Below, piece after piece: positions 19,921 to 29,603 of a stretch of DNA of 64,000 nt. The DNA lies in contig JAPLYG010000016.1 of assembly GCA_026395685.1 (NCBI GenBank), forward strand, positions 65,035-129,034, given 5' to 3'. Below the pieces are notes generated by a model that was given only the letters and a program-made list of their open reading frames with translations, did not search any database and was not told the DNA's origin. The first letter of the stretch is position 1. Each line of letters begins with the position of its first letter. Origin of the DNA: Candidatus Parcubacteria bacterium. GTDB lineage: Bacteria; Patescibacteriota; Patescibacteriia; CAIXNZ01. Made by a program: the position numbers and the translations under genes.

Positions 19921-20040
19921 TCACCCGGGGTCTGGGGGCCGAACTAAGCGCCGTTATCAATGCTACGAACTTTCCATTTGCACTAGCGCATTGAGGCCCC
20001 CAGCAGTTTTGGCGGTACTTTTTGCTGTCAAAAAGTACCA
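19921..20040. repeat. Dispersed ~120-bp structured repeat, copy 1 (partial related copy 19817-19860)
   Basis: ggggtctgggggccgaactaagcg...tgcactagcgcattgaggcccccag + tactttt..aaaagta; second copy 30865-30990. Confidence 0.75.
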
Positions 20041-20209
20041 AATATTCAGGAGATACAATTATTTTGAATTATAAATATTTTTTGCTTTGCACAAATCAAT
20101 TTTACCATATAATTTATTGTTTGAAGTTATATTTTAAGTTGTATTATTAACAATTAAGTTTTTACTTCAAACTCACCTGGCTCATTACAGTGGCGTTTTT
20201 TCAAATAAC

Positions 20210-20250
20210 ACAAAACCTCCCCTCCCGCAAAAGCGGAAGAGGAGGCTTGG
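20210..20250 (-). terminator. Intrinsic terminator after S-layer-like gene
   Basis: cctcccctcccgc-aaaa-gcggaagaggagg hairpin, U-tract on minus strand. Confidence 0.65.
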
Positions 20251-20288
20251 ACAGTTTTAAGCTGCTGACAAACTTTGAAGGAGTACTA

Positions 20289-23200
20289 TTATGGCTTGAT
20301 CAAAGCTCCACCATATTGAGTGCCTCGGAAGATAATTGTACCTCTTTGGTAATCAGCAGGTGTTTGTTCAATGACACGCCATTTGATATTTCCGTCAGCG
20401 CCATCAGATAATGACATTTGGACTGAATCACCAGCAGTTGTAAGATCAGCACCAGTAGCTAATGAAGTATCCATGTAAACATAAACTGTCTTGGATAGGC
20501 CTGCCGGAATATTATAACTTCCAGCAACAATGGAGCCGAAATCCAATACAACGTCATCAGTATTTGCTGCTAAAGTAGTATCGGTACCTAGAGTTATGCT
20601 TCCATCTTTAAATGTAACAAGTCCAGCAGCACCCGCACCAGCCATATCCAAATGAACGATTACGCAACCTTCATTAGCAACAGCGCAAGCGCCATTATTA
20701 TTACCCTTAGTGAATACCAAGTCATCATTAGCACCAGCAGTAATAGTAAAGCTGCCGATTAGAGTACTTGCACCTGGGACTAAGTTTCCAGAAGGAGTAG
20801 CTGAAGTAGCGACAACCGGGAAATTCTTATAAGTGTAAGCATTTTGGATAGAAGTATTGTTCAATTTGCTAATACCGGTTACGCCAGTATCAGTTAGACC
20901 AAGTAATTTCTTGTTTGAAGAAACACCCAAGACAATGAAATCATTAGTCATAATTTGTTCAGCTGCATTCCAGGTATCAGCAGTGATAAGACCTAATCTT
21001 ACAGCGGCATCATTAATAGCGCCGGCTGCATAAGAGTTAAGGTCAGCACTGATTGTCATTACAGCACTGCTATTGACCGGAACATACATATCCAATTGGC
21101 CGTCAAGAAAAGTTACTGAGCTGACAACGCCAGTTGTTGATATGTCGCCAAGCTTAGTTTCGGTAGTACCGCTGGCATTCTTATAAGAAACTTTAACCTT
21201 AGCGAGATTTATTTCATTAGCAGCTGTTTGTAGTTCGATCTTAGCGCCTTTTACTGTAAATGCTTCGTCAACAGCAGATACTTTGTATTTTGACAATACA
21301 ACATCGCTATTGCCTAAAGTTGCCAAGGAAGCTAATGGAGTGCCGCTATCAACAGCAACCACTACATTACCACTGGTCTTTATGGTCTGCATTACAGTAG
21401 GAGTTCCGGCTAGTCCGTCAAAGTTGAAATTAGTAGCTGACAAAGTAGTTAATAAACTGCCAGTGCTATTTTCAACTTCCAAATCTTCTGAAGGTTTGAT
21501 ACTAACAGCAGTATATTTAGGACCGACTATTGTATTACGATAAGCTAATCTGACTGTTAATTTCTTTTGAGCGCCTGCTGGAATAGCATAAGCTAAATTA
21601 GTGAAATCAGCTCTATAATATTCACCAACCTGCCAAACGCCATCGCCACCTCCAATTTCTATCAGAGTTAAATTGACAGGACCCTTAACTAAAGTAGAGC
21701 CATCATATAAACTAGCTGTTTCAACAAGCAATTTAGCATCTTCATTACCAGTATAAATAACACCAACTCCGCCGCCATCAGTGTCAAAATCAGCATTATC
21801 ATCACCATAAACTCTAGCCTGTAAGCGATTCAATTTTAAGGAATCAGCAATACCGGCAGAAAGGTTAATGCCTAATGCATCACCAGCTTGAGTGCCTCTG
21901 ACAAAAGCAGCTGAGGTTGGAATACCAGCCAAAGTAACTGTTAAGCCAGAAGTTGTAACTGTCTGACTAACACCAGCAACTGAAGATGGGACAATATTGG
22001 TATTTAAGACATATTCAGAAGAATCATTGTCATAAACAAAGCTTGCAGTGCTTAAATCAAAGGTAGCAGCAAGAACAGTGCTATTAGGGGTCAAAGAGTC
22101 AAAATCAGCCTTGATTGCTAAATGTCTGGTTGTGCCAGCAGTTAAATCATAGGTGTCAGATGACCTTAACCAGCAGCCTGCATTCAAGTGAGCAGCAGTT
22201 GTACAAGCCGTTGCACCGCCTTGAGTTGTCTTAAAGCCGCCTAAATCAGCAGCATAAATCAAAGTTGTACCGCTGTCCAAGTCAACTAATTTGACATTCT
22301 TAATGTATGTTTCCAAATCATCATTAGCAGCGCCGGTTGTCTGTACTTTAAGATCTGTCTTTCTGACTGTTGCATTTCTTTCAGAAGAAACATTTACTTT
22401 CAAGATAGCATTGCCGTTTGTGTTTGCTGAGAAAGTAGTAGCTGCCGGGCCTGCGTTTCCTAAAGTAATTTGACCGCCTTGCATAGTAACAGTCTGGTCA
22501 CCAGCTGCATCATATGAAGGGTCAATAATGATATTAGCACCAACGCCATATAGAGCATCCTGGATATTTAAATCAGTTCTTTGGTCAACATAGAATTGAA
22601 CAGTATCGTTGGTTCTGCCGCCTGTAATATCAGCAAAAACAGAGAAATTCTTAACCTGGCCTTTGGCAACTGTAAATGGAGCGCCCAAGACAAAAATTGC
22701 CTTATCGCTAGACATTGCAGCAACTGAAGCCAATTCATAAGAACCCTGCTTTAATTTCAAGTTGGCAATATTGGTGTTTGTCAATTTGCCGCCTTGTCTT
22801 AAAGTAATAGCATAAACAGTTGCATCATTAAGACCAGCGGTAATAGAGAATTTAGCTAATTCTGCACCAGCTGTTCCCAAAGTAACATTCCAGTTAGCTG
22901 AGGTACCTCTGATAGTAACATCAGAAGCTGCAGCATTACCAATAGTCATCAAATTGCCCATTACACCGGCAACAGCATTGCCGTTGATTGACTGAATAGA
23001 CAAAGCATTTTGATCGGTTGCTCTAGCAGCATTATCAGTGACATCAACTTTTGCAGTCAAAGTGACAGAGCCACTGATTGCTAAATTGATGTTGGTGAAA
23101 GTAACTGTATTGGTATCAGAAGAAATGCTTCTGCCAGATGTTAATCTGGTATTGCCATTGTATAGGTAAACAGAGACATAGTCGCTTGCGTTACCTAAAC

Positions 23201-23885
23201 CAGTTCTCTTTAAGATAACTTCATTTAAAGTTCCGCTACCAGAAAGAGTGAATTTCAAGACTGGAACGCCAGTAGCTTTTTGAGCCAAGGTTGCAGCTGC
23301 TGGATTATCAGATGCCAATGAAGCATTGAAAGCAGCCTGGTTGCCGCCGGATAAGCCTTTATCAACATTGATAGAGACAGCGGTAGAAGTAGCAGTTGCA
23401 GGTACAAAATCAGCACATGCATTGATCGGAGCGCCGATTGTGTAATTTACAAAAAATGCGTCTGAAATATCATCAACCTTTGTTCCCCAAGTTGCGCCAT
23501 ATAAGCATTCAGCAATGGCAGCTGTGGTTACCCACCTTAATGTGCCGTTAGCTGCAATAGCGTAGACTTTAGGATCAGTGGTAATTTTACCTAATTTTAC
23601 GCCCGGTCTCATGGTTACATTACCGCCAATTGGAATAGCAGCCAGTTCAGCGTCGGTAATTGTTTTAACAGTTGAAAAATCAGGATACCAGGTCTTGTAT
23701 GTTTTCTCATTTGGGAAAACATATCTTTTTCCGTCAGCTGCGTAGTAATAAACAGCAGCGCCGGAAGCCTTGATCAAGTCGCCAGAAGTAACTGCTGCTT
23801 GAGCGACTGGAACAAATGCTGCTAAGCCGACAGCCCAAAAAATTGTAAGGACTACGACACTAACAGTAAAAATCCTTTTAATCAT
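20289..23885 (-). CDS. Large S-layer-like surface protein with N-terminal shared module
   Basis: 1198 aa, signal peptide ..VAQA, Thr/Ala/Gly/Ser-rich beta domains, codon bias suggestive of high expression. Confidence 0.8.
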   Translation of the reverse strand: MIKRIFTVSVVVLTIFWAVGLAAFVPVAQAAVTSGDLIKASGAAVYYYAADGKRYVFPNEKTYKTWYPDFSTVKTITDAELAAIPIGGNVTMRPGVKLGKITTDPKVYAIAANGTLRWVTTAAIAECLYGATWGTKVDDISDAFFVNYTIGAPINACADFVPATATSTAVSINVDKGLSGGNQAAFNASLASDNPAAATLAQKATGVPVLKFTLSGSGTLNEVILKRTGLGNASDYVSVYLYNGNTRLTSGRSISSDTNTVTFTNINLAISGSVTLTAKVDVTDNAARATDQNALSIQSINGNAVAGVMGNLMTIGNAAASDVTIRGTSANWNVTLGTAGAELAKFSITAGLNDATVYAITLRQGGKLTNTNIANLKLKQGSYELASVAAMSSDKAIFVLGAPFTVAKGQVKNFSVFADITGGRTNDTVQFYVDQRTDLNIQDALYGVGANIIIDPSYDAAGDQTVTMQGGQITLGNAGPAATTFSANTNGNAILKVNVSSERNATVRKTDLKVQTTGAANDDLETYIKNVKLVDLDSGTTLIYAADLGGFKTTQGGATACTTAAHLNAGCWLRSSDTYDLTAGTTRHLAIKADFDSLTPNSTVLAATFDLSTASFVYDNDSSEYVLNTNIVPSSVAGVSQTVTTSGLTVTLAGIPTSAAFVRGTQAGDALGINLSAGIADSLKLNRLQARVYGDDNADFDTDGGGVGVIYTGNEDAKLLVETASLYDGSTLVKGPVNLTLIEIGGGDGVWQVGEYYRADFTNLAYAIPAGAQKKLTVRLAYRNTIVGPKYTAVSIKPSEDLEVENSTGSLLTTLSATNFNFDGLAGTPTVMQTIKTSGNVVVAVDSGTPLASLATLGNSDVVLSKYKVSAVDEAFTVKGAKIELQTAANEINLAKVKVSYKNASGTTETKLGDISTTGVVSSVTFLDGQLDMYVPVNSSAVMTISADLNSYAAGAINDAAVRLGLITADTWNAAEQIMTNDFIVLGVSSNKKLLGLTDTGVTGISKLNNTSIQNAYTYKNFPVVATSATPSGNLVPGASTLIGSFTITAGANDDLVFTKGNNNGACAVANEGCVIVHLDMAGAGAAGLVTFKDGSITLGTDTTLAANTDDVVLDFGSIVAGSYNIPAGLSKTVYVYMDTSLATGADLTTAGDSVQMSLSDGADGNIKWRVIEQTPADYQRGTIIFRGTQYGGALIKP

Positions 23886-23889
23886 ATTA

Positions 23890-24225
23890 ATTTTATCCTT
23901 TCTTAACTCCTGAACAAATTTACGGATAAGAATATAAATTTTACCAAGCCCGAAGGCTCGACGGGGAAAATCCCCTGCCCATAAACTTTCAAAAGCCGAC
24001 CGGATAAATCCGACGTCGACCTTTACTTTTGAATGTTTAGGAACTTATATCCTTATTTAACCCGCGAAATCCATTCAAGAGGGTTAGTTAGCTACCCGAA
24101 ACCCGGATTTAATATCCAGGAGGGTAATTCCTATATACCCCCAAGGCATTTAGGAATCTGCACCAAAGGTGCAAACCCTGACTTTTCACTAAACTTAGTC
24201 AAAAGGCAAGGCCTGAACCGCACAA
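23890..24225 (-). promoter_or_regulatory. Long multi-hairpin structured leader upstream of the S-layer-like gene
   Basis: GC-richer than flanks, at least 6 stem-loops (tgcac/gtgca, attccta/taggaat, taccc/gggta, taaccc/gggtta, ttcaaaag/ttttgaa, gagcc-ttcg-ggctt). Confidence 0.55.
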
Positions 24226-24372
24226 ATAAATTTTAAATATCAAATTTTAAATTTAAATTGTAGGTGGATTGTGTTTAATTTTAAATTTTTAATTTTAAAT
24301 TTTAATTTTTGGAGTTTGTATTTTAATTTACAATAAATCATTTTCCAATATTTAAAACTTATAATTTAAAAT

Positions 24373-24751
24373 TTATAATTTTTCAAGATTCTTTTTATTC
24401 TCAATGGTAATTACGATTTTTGAAAATATCAGGATCAATTCATGAATTTCCTGCATTAATGGCTTGCCTTCAGTCTCTAACCCAGAGTTTGCCATAATAA
24501 CCAATCTTAACCAATATTTCGTTTCTTTTGCTTCTTTTTTACAGATACAAATTTTATTTTTAAAATCTTTCTCAGAACTTGCGCCATTTGCTTCATGATA
24601 ATTCGCTCCCACTTGTTCCTGACCTTACTATTTGTCTAATTATGGGTAAATTTACAGCGGTTTTGGGAATTTTTTTAGCAAATTTTATAATATTTTCGGC
24701 AAATACAATTGTTCTTTCTTCCAAATCAAATTTAAATTCTTTTTCCGACAT
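24373..24751 (-). pseudogene. Four-helix bundle protein (IVS/Avd-like family), frameshifted near 24610
   Basis: ATG 24751 reads MSEKEFKFDLEERTIVFA...QIVRSGTS; GANYHEA...KEAKETKYWL continues in another frame; flanked by aaatttat/tttaaa heptamer tracts. Confidence 0.8.
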
Positions 24752-24836
24752 TTATAATTTAAAATTTATAATTTAAAATTTTCAACTCATTATATTTACT
24801 TGCTATTTGGGATTTGTCTTTTGGTACTTCAATCAA

Positions 24837-26168
24837 TTATTTCTTTTCGGGAACAGTATTTACATTTGCCGGTTCTGGAATAGTTGCAGGCGCAGGTGTT
24901 TCAGCCGCTTGTGGCTTTGGCGCTTCCAGATATTCTTTATTTGCCTCAATAACGTCTTCAGCTAATTCAATGATATCATTGGCATCTTTTAATTTGGAGT
25001 ATGACCATAAAACTTCTTTAGTTATCAAATAGCCCTTGGATTCAAGTAATAATTTCTGAGCATCTGCTAATTTCACCTTAATTTCAGCTGGTGATGGTAA
25101 AACCACTTCAGGCGCCTTTACTTCAATTGGCGTTACATCAGTAGGCGGATTTAAATTAATATTTTCGATAGTTTCAACTAATGCTTCAACAGGTGTTTCT
25201 GCTGGCTTAACTTCGGTTGTAGCAGCAGGGGTTTCAGTCCCTGTCTCAATCGCAGTTGCCGCAGCTGCAGCGGCTGCTTTTTCTGCTTCAGCCTTGGCTT
25301 TGGCTTCTTCCGCTGCCTTAGCTTTAGCCAAATCATCAGCTATTTTTTTATTGACAATAATCTTATCTAAATCTTCATTATCTCTTCCTAAGCGATAATT
25401 TAAATCAGCCATTTTCTTTTCCAGACTTTGAATCACGGTATCCAGGGTCACTTCCTTACTGCCTGCCTTATATTCATTAATAATCATATCCAAAGCTTTT
25501 TCTGCCATGGCCTTAGAGGAGGTAATCGCTTCAAGAGTAGCTTCGGTCTTTTTCAAATCAGGATTTTTATCTTTTTGTTGGGTTAAAATCTCAACATAAT
25601 TTTTAGTCTTTTCATCCACTAATTTGGCAACTTTGACAGCGACATTACTGTCTGTTTTTTCCAGTTTAGCCAGACTGGTTTTCATATTATTGATGCTTTC
25701 CTGAAATTTCTGCAAAGAAACCTGGACATTTTCCTTTTGCTTGTCATCATTGACCGGCTGATCAGTGATTTTCTGCAGTTCCTCAAGCCTGCGTTCAGCA
25801 AAGGCTATTTCTAAATTAGCCTTTTTTTCATCATTATTGGCCAGATTGATTTTCATTCTTTCAGAAGTGATTTTAATAGGATACAAAAAATCGCCGGGCA
25901 AACTATTTTTTGTTGCGCCGACGGTCATAACATAACTGCCTAAAACTATGCCAAAAACTAATATAAAACCAGCTACCGGCTTATATAAAGAAACTGTTAA
26001 TCGTTTAAAAAACAAGGAGGACCAATTGATTTTATTCTGAACAGTGTCACTGGTCTGCGCCTTGATTTGAGACAGCAAAATATCCCGATTGAGCTGTTTC
26101 CAGGCTGCATCAGGTTTAACTTCATTTTTCAGATTATTCAATTGTTTTAAGAAGTCACGCTTGCGCAT
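24837..26168 (-). CDS. DUF5667-like membrane-anchored protein, putative anti-sigma partner
   Basis: TM then SLPGDFLYPIKITSE..FAERRLEE; directly downstream of ECF sigma. Confidence 0.75.
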   Translation of the reverse strand: MRKRDFLKQLNNLKNEVKPDAAWKQLNRDILLSQIKAQTSDTVQNKINWSSLFFKRLTVSLYKPVAGFILVFGIVLGSYVMTVGATKNSLPGDFLYPIKITSERMKINLANNDEKKANLEIAFAERRLEELQKITDQPVNDDKQKENVQVSLQKFQESINNMKTSLAKLEKTDSNVAVKVAKLVDEKTKNYVEILTQQKDKNPDLKKTEATLEAITSSKAMAEKALDMIINEYKAGSKEVTLDTVIQSLEKKMADLNYRLGRDNEDLDKIIVNKKIADDLAKAKAAEEAKAKAEAEKAAAAAAATAIETGTETPAATTEVKPAETPVEALVETIENINLNPPTDVTPIEVKAPEVVLPSPAEIKVKLADAQKLLLESKGYLITKEVLWSYSKLKDANDIIELAEDVIEANKEYLEAPKPQAAETPAPATIPEPANVNTVPEKK

Positions 26169-26176
26169 GTATTTAA

Positions 26177-26327
26177 TTGAGTTTAAAGTTGAAAGTCAAA
26201 AGTTATAAAGTTGGGAGTTGATTATATTTTGGAATATTTTAACCACAGATTAAATTCACAGATAGCACTGAATTTCGAATTCATCACTCATCTATATAAT
26301 CTGCATCTGCAAGAAAAAATCAGTGTT
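26177..26327. repeat. Heptamer tract (aaagtt, family F) plus family D fold-back element
   Basis: tttaaagttgaaagtcaaaagttataaagtt; aaccacagattaaattcacagat...atctgc...aatcagtgtt. Confidence 0.65.
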
Positions 26328-26893
26328 TATTTTTCGCCCATTAGCTCCCGCAAGGCATTTGTTGCCCGATAAAGAATGACTCTGACAGCTCCATTTTTCT
26401 TTTCCACTATCTCAGCGATCTCTCCAATTGATAATCCGTCAACATATCGTAAAATAATAATTTCCCGATAATCATCTTTTAAACCCTGGAGCTTATCCTG
26501 TATTTTTTCCAGCTGAATCTTACTATCAAGTTCATCCTGGCCTTGAGTAATCATTATATTATCAACCCGCAGATTTTCTCCCCCGCTGTCCAGAGCATCC
26601 AAAGAAACTCCTTTATGCGCTGCTTTACGATAATAATCAATTACCAAGTTACGGGCTACTTTATATAAGTAAGCATTTAGGTTGGAAATCTCTTTGCCGC
26701 TGATAATATATTCCCAGGTCTTCAAAAACACCTCCGAGGTTAAATCTTGGGCTTCTTCCTTACTATTTATCTTAAAAAAAACAAAGCGATAAATCTTATC
26801 CACATAGAGGTCGTAAATCTTACTGTAGGCCTCGGGATCTTTATTTCTCGCTTTAAATAGTAAATATTTTTCTGTAATTATATTAGCTGTCAT
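26327..26893 (-). CDS. ECF RNA polymerase sigma factor
   Basis: EAQDLTSEVFLKTW, YLYKVARNLVIDYYRK, region 4 HTH. Confidence 0.92.
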   Translation of the reverse strand: MTANIITEKYLLFKARNKDPEAYSKIYDLYVDKIYRFVFFKINSKEEAQDLTSEVFLKTWEYIISGKEISNLNAYLYKVARNLVIDYYRKAAHKGVSLDALDSGGENLRVDNIMITQGQDELDSKIQLEKIQDKLQGLKDDYREIIILRYVDGLSIGEIAEIVEKKNGAVRVILYRATNALRELMGEK

Positions 26894-27235
26894 TTTATAA
26901 GACGTGTGAATTAAAAAAATGTTACAACCATTATAACATCTTTTAACGTGTTTTTATTATAACATGGAAACAAATATTGTTCAATGGCTTTTACTCCTTG
27001 CCAATAGCCAAATTTTGGGACAAATTGTGCATATCCTGTAACCTTGCTTTATTGAGTAAAAACCCTAAAAATAAAGGATTATGTTCTAATAATAGACACC
27101 TGCTAAGAAATAAGCTTTTCCAGCAAATCCTAGCTTTTGCTGTAATATTTTGGAGATAACGAATACCTCTTGTCAACCTTATCACTTTCTTGCTATATTA
27201 CCATTGAACCTTAATTTTGTCCACACTAATCTAGA

Positions 27236-27365
27236 CAAAGTAAATAGGCTGAGGGTTAAGGTAATGATGCTGGTAAGTGAATTAGGCAAAGTGAATAGTA
27301 AAAATTACCAATTACCTAACCCTTACATTTACCAGCATCCTAACACTAACACCATTCACCAACTT
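27236..27365. repeat. Fold-back microsatellite element, family B
   Basis: gatgctggtaagtg ... catttaccagcatcc..caccattcac. Confidence 0.75.
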
Positions 27366-27369
27366 ATAT

Positions 27370-27663
27370 ATGCCTGATATCAATCAAATAAGAGTCTCAA
27401 TCTCAGAAGCTGCACGACTTTTTGGCGTAGATGCCAAAACAATCCGCCGGGCAATCAAGACCCAGGAGATCCGCTATGTGGTTGTGCGTGGCCGCTATAA
27501 GCTTAACTTTGAAAGCCTGATCAAGTGGTCACAGCGCAAAACAACCGTACGCAATAAAAGCAATAATCAGGGCATTGGCCAGTATGTTGGCCAGTGGAAG
27601 ATCAGTAATAAGCTTTACTCACCCAATCCGCCTAAGGATACTGAATTAGAAAATAAAAAATAA
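27370..27663 (+). CDS. Helix-turn-helix DNA-binding protein (excisionase/MerR-like)
   Basis: VSISEAARLFGVDAKTIRRAIK. Confidence 0.8.
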   Translation: MPDINQIRVSISEAARLFGVDAKTIRRAIKTQEIRYVVVRGRYKLNFESLIKWSQRKTTVRNKSNNQGIGQYVGQWKISNKLYSPNPPKDTELENKK

Positions 27664-27670
27664 TTGAAAT

Positions 27671-27816
27671 AAATAATCAATACTCAATCATCAAACAATA
27701 TCAAATATCTAATAACAAAATTCTAAACTTGTTTGGTAATTTGATATTATAGTTTAGTAATTGTTTGATTATCCCGAAGGGATCCCTTTGGGATTGATGA
27801 TTGATGTTTGATGATT
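27671..27816. repeat. Family A fold-back element with 20-bp palindromic insert
   Basis: aatcaatactcaatcatcaaacaat ... ttgtttgatt-at[cccgaagggatccctttggg]at-tgatgattg. Confidence 0.75.
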
Positions 27817-27821
27817 AAAAA

Positions 27822-27865
27822 ATAACAAAACCCCGCGTCCTTTCGGAACACGGGGTCTTGTTTTG
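27822..27865. terminator. Bidirectional terminator
   Basis: aacaaaaccccg..tcc-ttt-cgga..cggggtcttgttt between convergent genes. Confidence 0.7.
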
Positions 27866-27876
27866 TATCTAATTAG

Positions 27877-29034
27877 TTATGCACTTTTAATTTCCATCTG
27901 GGTAACAGTTTTCTGATTCTTAGAGCTTAAAACTGAATTATAGGCATCAATTGTCTTTTTAACAATGTTCTCCCAATTATATTCAATTTCAGATCGATAC
28001 TGTAATTTTTCACCCATTTCCTGAACAACTTCAGGATGGTTCAATAAATACTGCAATTTCTGGCTTAAATCCGTAATGCTTTTACTGATAAAAGTTAAGC
28101 CGATTTCAGAAACCGCTTCCCTGTTAGGCGCGATATCACTGACTAATACTCCTTTGCCATAGCTCATTGCTTCCAATAAAGCGATTGATAAGCCTTCAGC
28201 TTCTGAAGGCTGCACAAATAAATAGGCATTAGAATATAATTCAGCTAAAGCTGTACCGGTTTGGTTGCCGGTAAAAATGATATTAGGATTGTCACCAGCC
28301 AAAGATTTCAAATACTGCACATAATCTTCAGTAAAATTGGCATCGCCAACAATTACTAATTTTTTGTCAGTATTTTTCAAGATGGAATAAGCTCTGATTA
28401 AATAATGCAAGCCTTTATGGCGAATCAGCCTGGAAACGGCCAAAATATAGTCATTACCGACTAATCCCCATTTAGCAGTGATTATTTGAGGTTTAATAGC
28501 AGCTGGTTGGTTTACACCATTAGGAATATAATCCAATTCGCCATTGAATTCCTGGCTATGAACCTGGGACTGATATTGAGAAACAGCAATGCACTTATCA
28601 GACCATTTAACAGAAATGTAAGCGCCTAAGCCTAAAAATTTTCTAGCCCAAACACCCCACTTTTTATGTTTCCTGTCGTCAGAGTGAAAAGTAGAAATGA
28701 CTTTGGCAGATCTTTTAAATAATTTAGGAATCCATAACAAACTGGAAGGTCCGATTGCATGATAATGAATAATATCAGCATCACGTCTTAAGACATCCAA
28801 GCTGGCTAACAAAGTATGAGAGATTGCATCCAAATGCTTAGTTTTAATGCTGGGCAAATGGATTAATTTTACGCCCTTATATTCAGTTAAACCTTTAGGA
28901 GTAAAATAATTTCTGCAATACACAAAAACTTCGTGACCTTCTTTCACTAATCTGGTAGCTAATTCCTCAACGTGGCGTTCAACGCCACCGGAAATAGCCG
29001 GTATTCCTTTTTGTCCGATAAAATAAATCTTCAT
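27877..29034 (-). CDS. Glycosyltransferase family 4
   Basis: IGQKGIPAISGGVERHV, EGLSIALLEAMSYG. Confidence 0.9.
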   Translation of the reverse strand: MKIYFIGQKGIPAISGGVERHVEELATRLVKEGHEVFVYCRNYFTPKGLTEYKGVKLIHLPSIKTKHLDAISHTLLASLDVLRRDADIIHYHAIGPSSLLWIPKLFKRSAKVISTFHSDDRKHKKWGVWARKFLGLGAYISVKWSDKCIAVSQYQSQVHSQEFNGELDYIPNGVNQPAAIKPQIITAKWGLVGNDYILAVSRLIRHKGLHYLIRAYSILKNTDKKLVIVGDANFTEDYVQYLKSLAGDNPNIIFTGNQTGTALAELYSNAYLFVQPSEAEGLSIALLEAMSYGKGVLVSDIAPNREAVSEIGLTFISKSITDLSQKLQYLLNHPEVVQEMGEKLQYRSEIEYNWENIVKKTIDAYNSVLSSKNQKTVTQMEIKSA

Positions 29035-29280
29035 ATTTTTATACAATATTAGATGAATTAATCCCCAAAGTACTAGGAAATTAAGACATTGGGGATTTAA
29101 TATTTAATATTGTATATTAGCATAAATTTGCTTCTTTGTCAACTATTTATTCTTAATTTAAGTAGCAAATGGCTAATTTTAGCCTTTTAAATCAATAAAT
29201 AAGGCAAAAATCACCTCTTGGGATTAATTACCTTACTATAATCTTTCTCCTATTGTCAAGTTTATTTTTTATTATATTTT

Positions 29281-29540
29281 GGGCTATATAGGCGCGGACT
29301 AATCACCGAATGAATTCGGTAATACCCGAACAATCACCTGCGGGGTAACCCCGAATTTATTCGGGGTTGTATGGGCGCGGACTGATCACCGAATGAATTC
29401 GGTGATACCCGGAGACTGCGCGTTTGCATGGAACAACTTCCGTGGGGTAACCCCGAATTTATTCGGGGTTGTATGGGCAAGGACGAATCACCGAATGAAT
29501 TCGGTGATACCCCAAAAATTCCCGCGGGGTTACCCCGAAA
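29281..29540. repeat. Second BIME-like REP array, inverted relative to 18052-18326
   Basis: Same REP pair, linker (gtatgggcgcggact) and spacer (gagactgcgcgtttg..tggaacaacttccg). Confidence 0.9.
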
Positions 29541-29603
29541 AAAAGCGTTTTAATTGTTAATATTTTATTTTGAAAACATTTACAAATAGCGTATAATTAA
29601 ACC

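Noticed and set aside
24033-24236. 67-aa ORF or known riboswitch (e.g. c-di-GMP-I)
   Set aside because: No coding features; ggtgcaaacc lacks the rest of the consensus and is on the strand opposite the downstream gene
26977-27377. Short ORFs between sigma and HTH genes
   Set aside because: No recognisable motifs; overlap the divergent promoter region and a family B repeat
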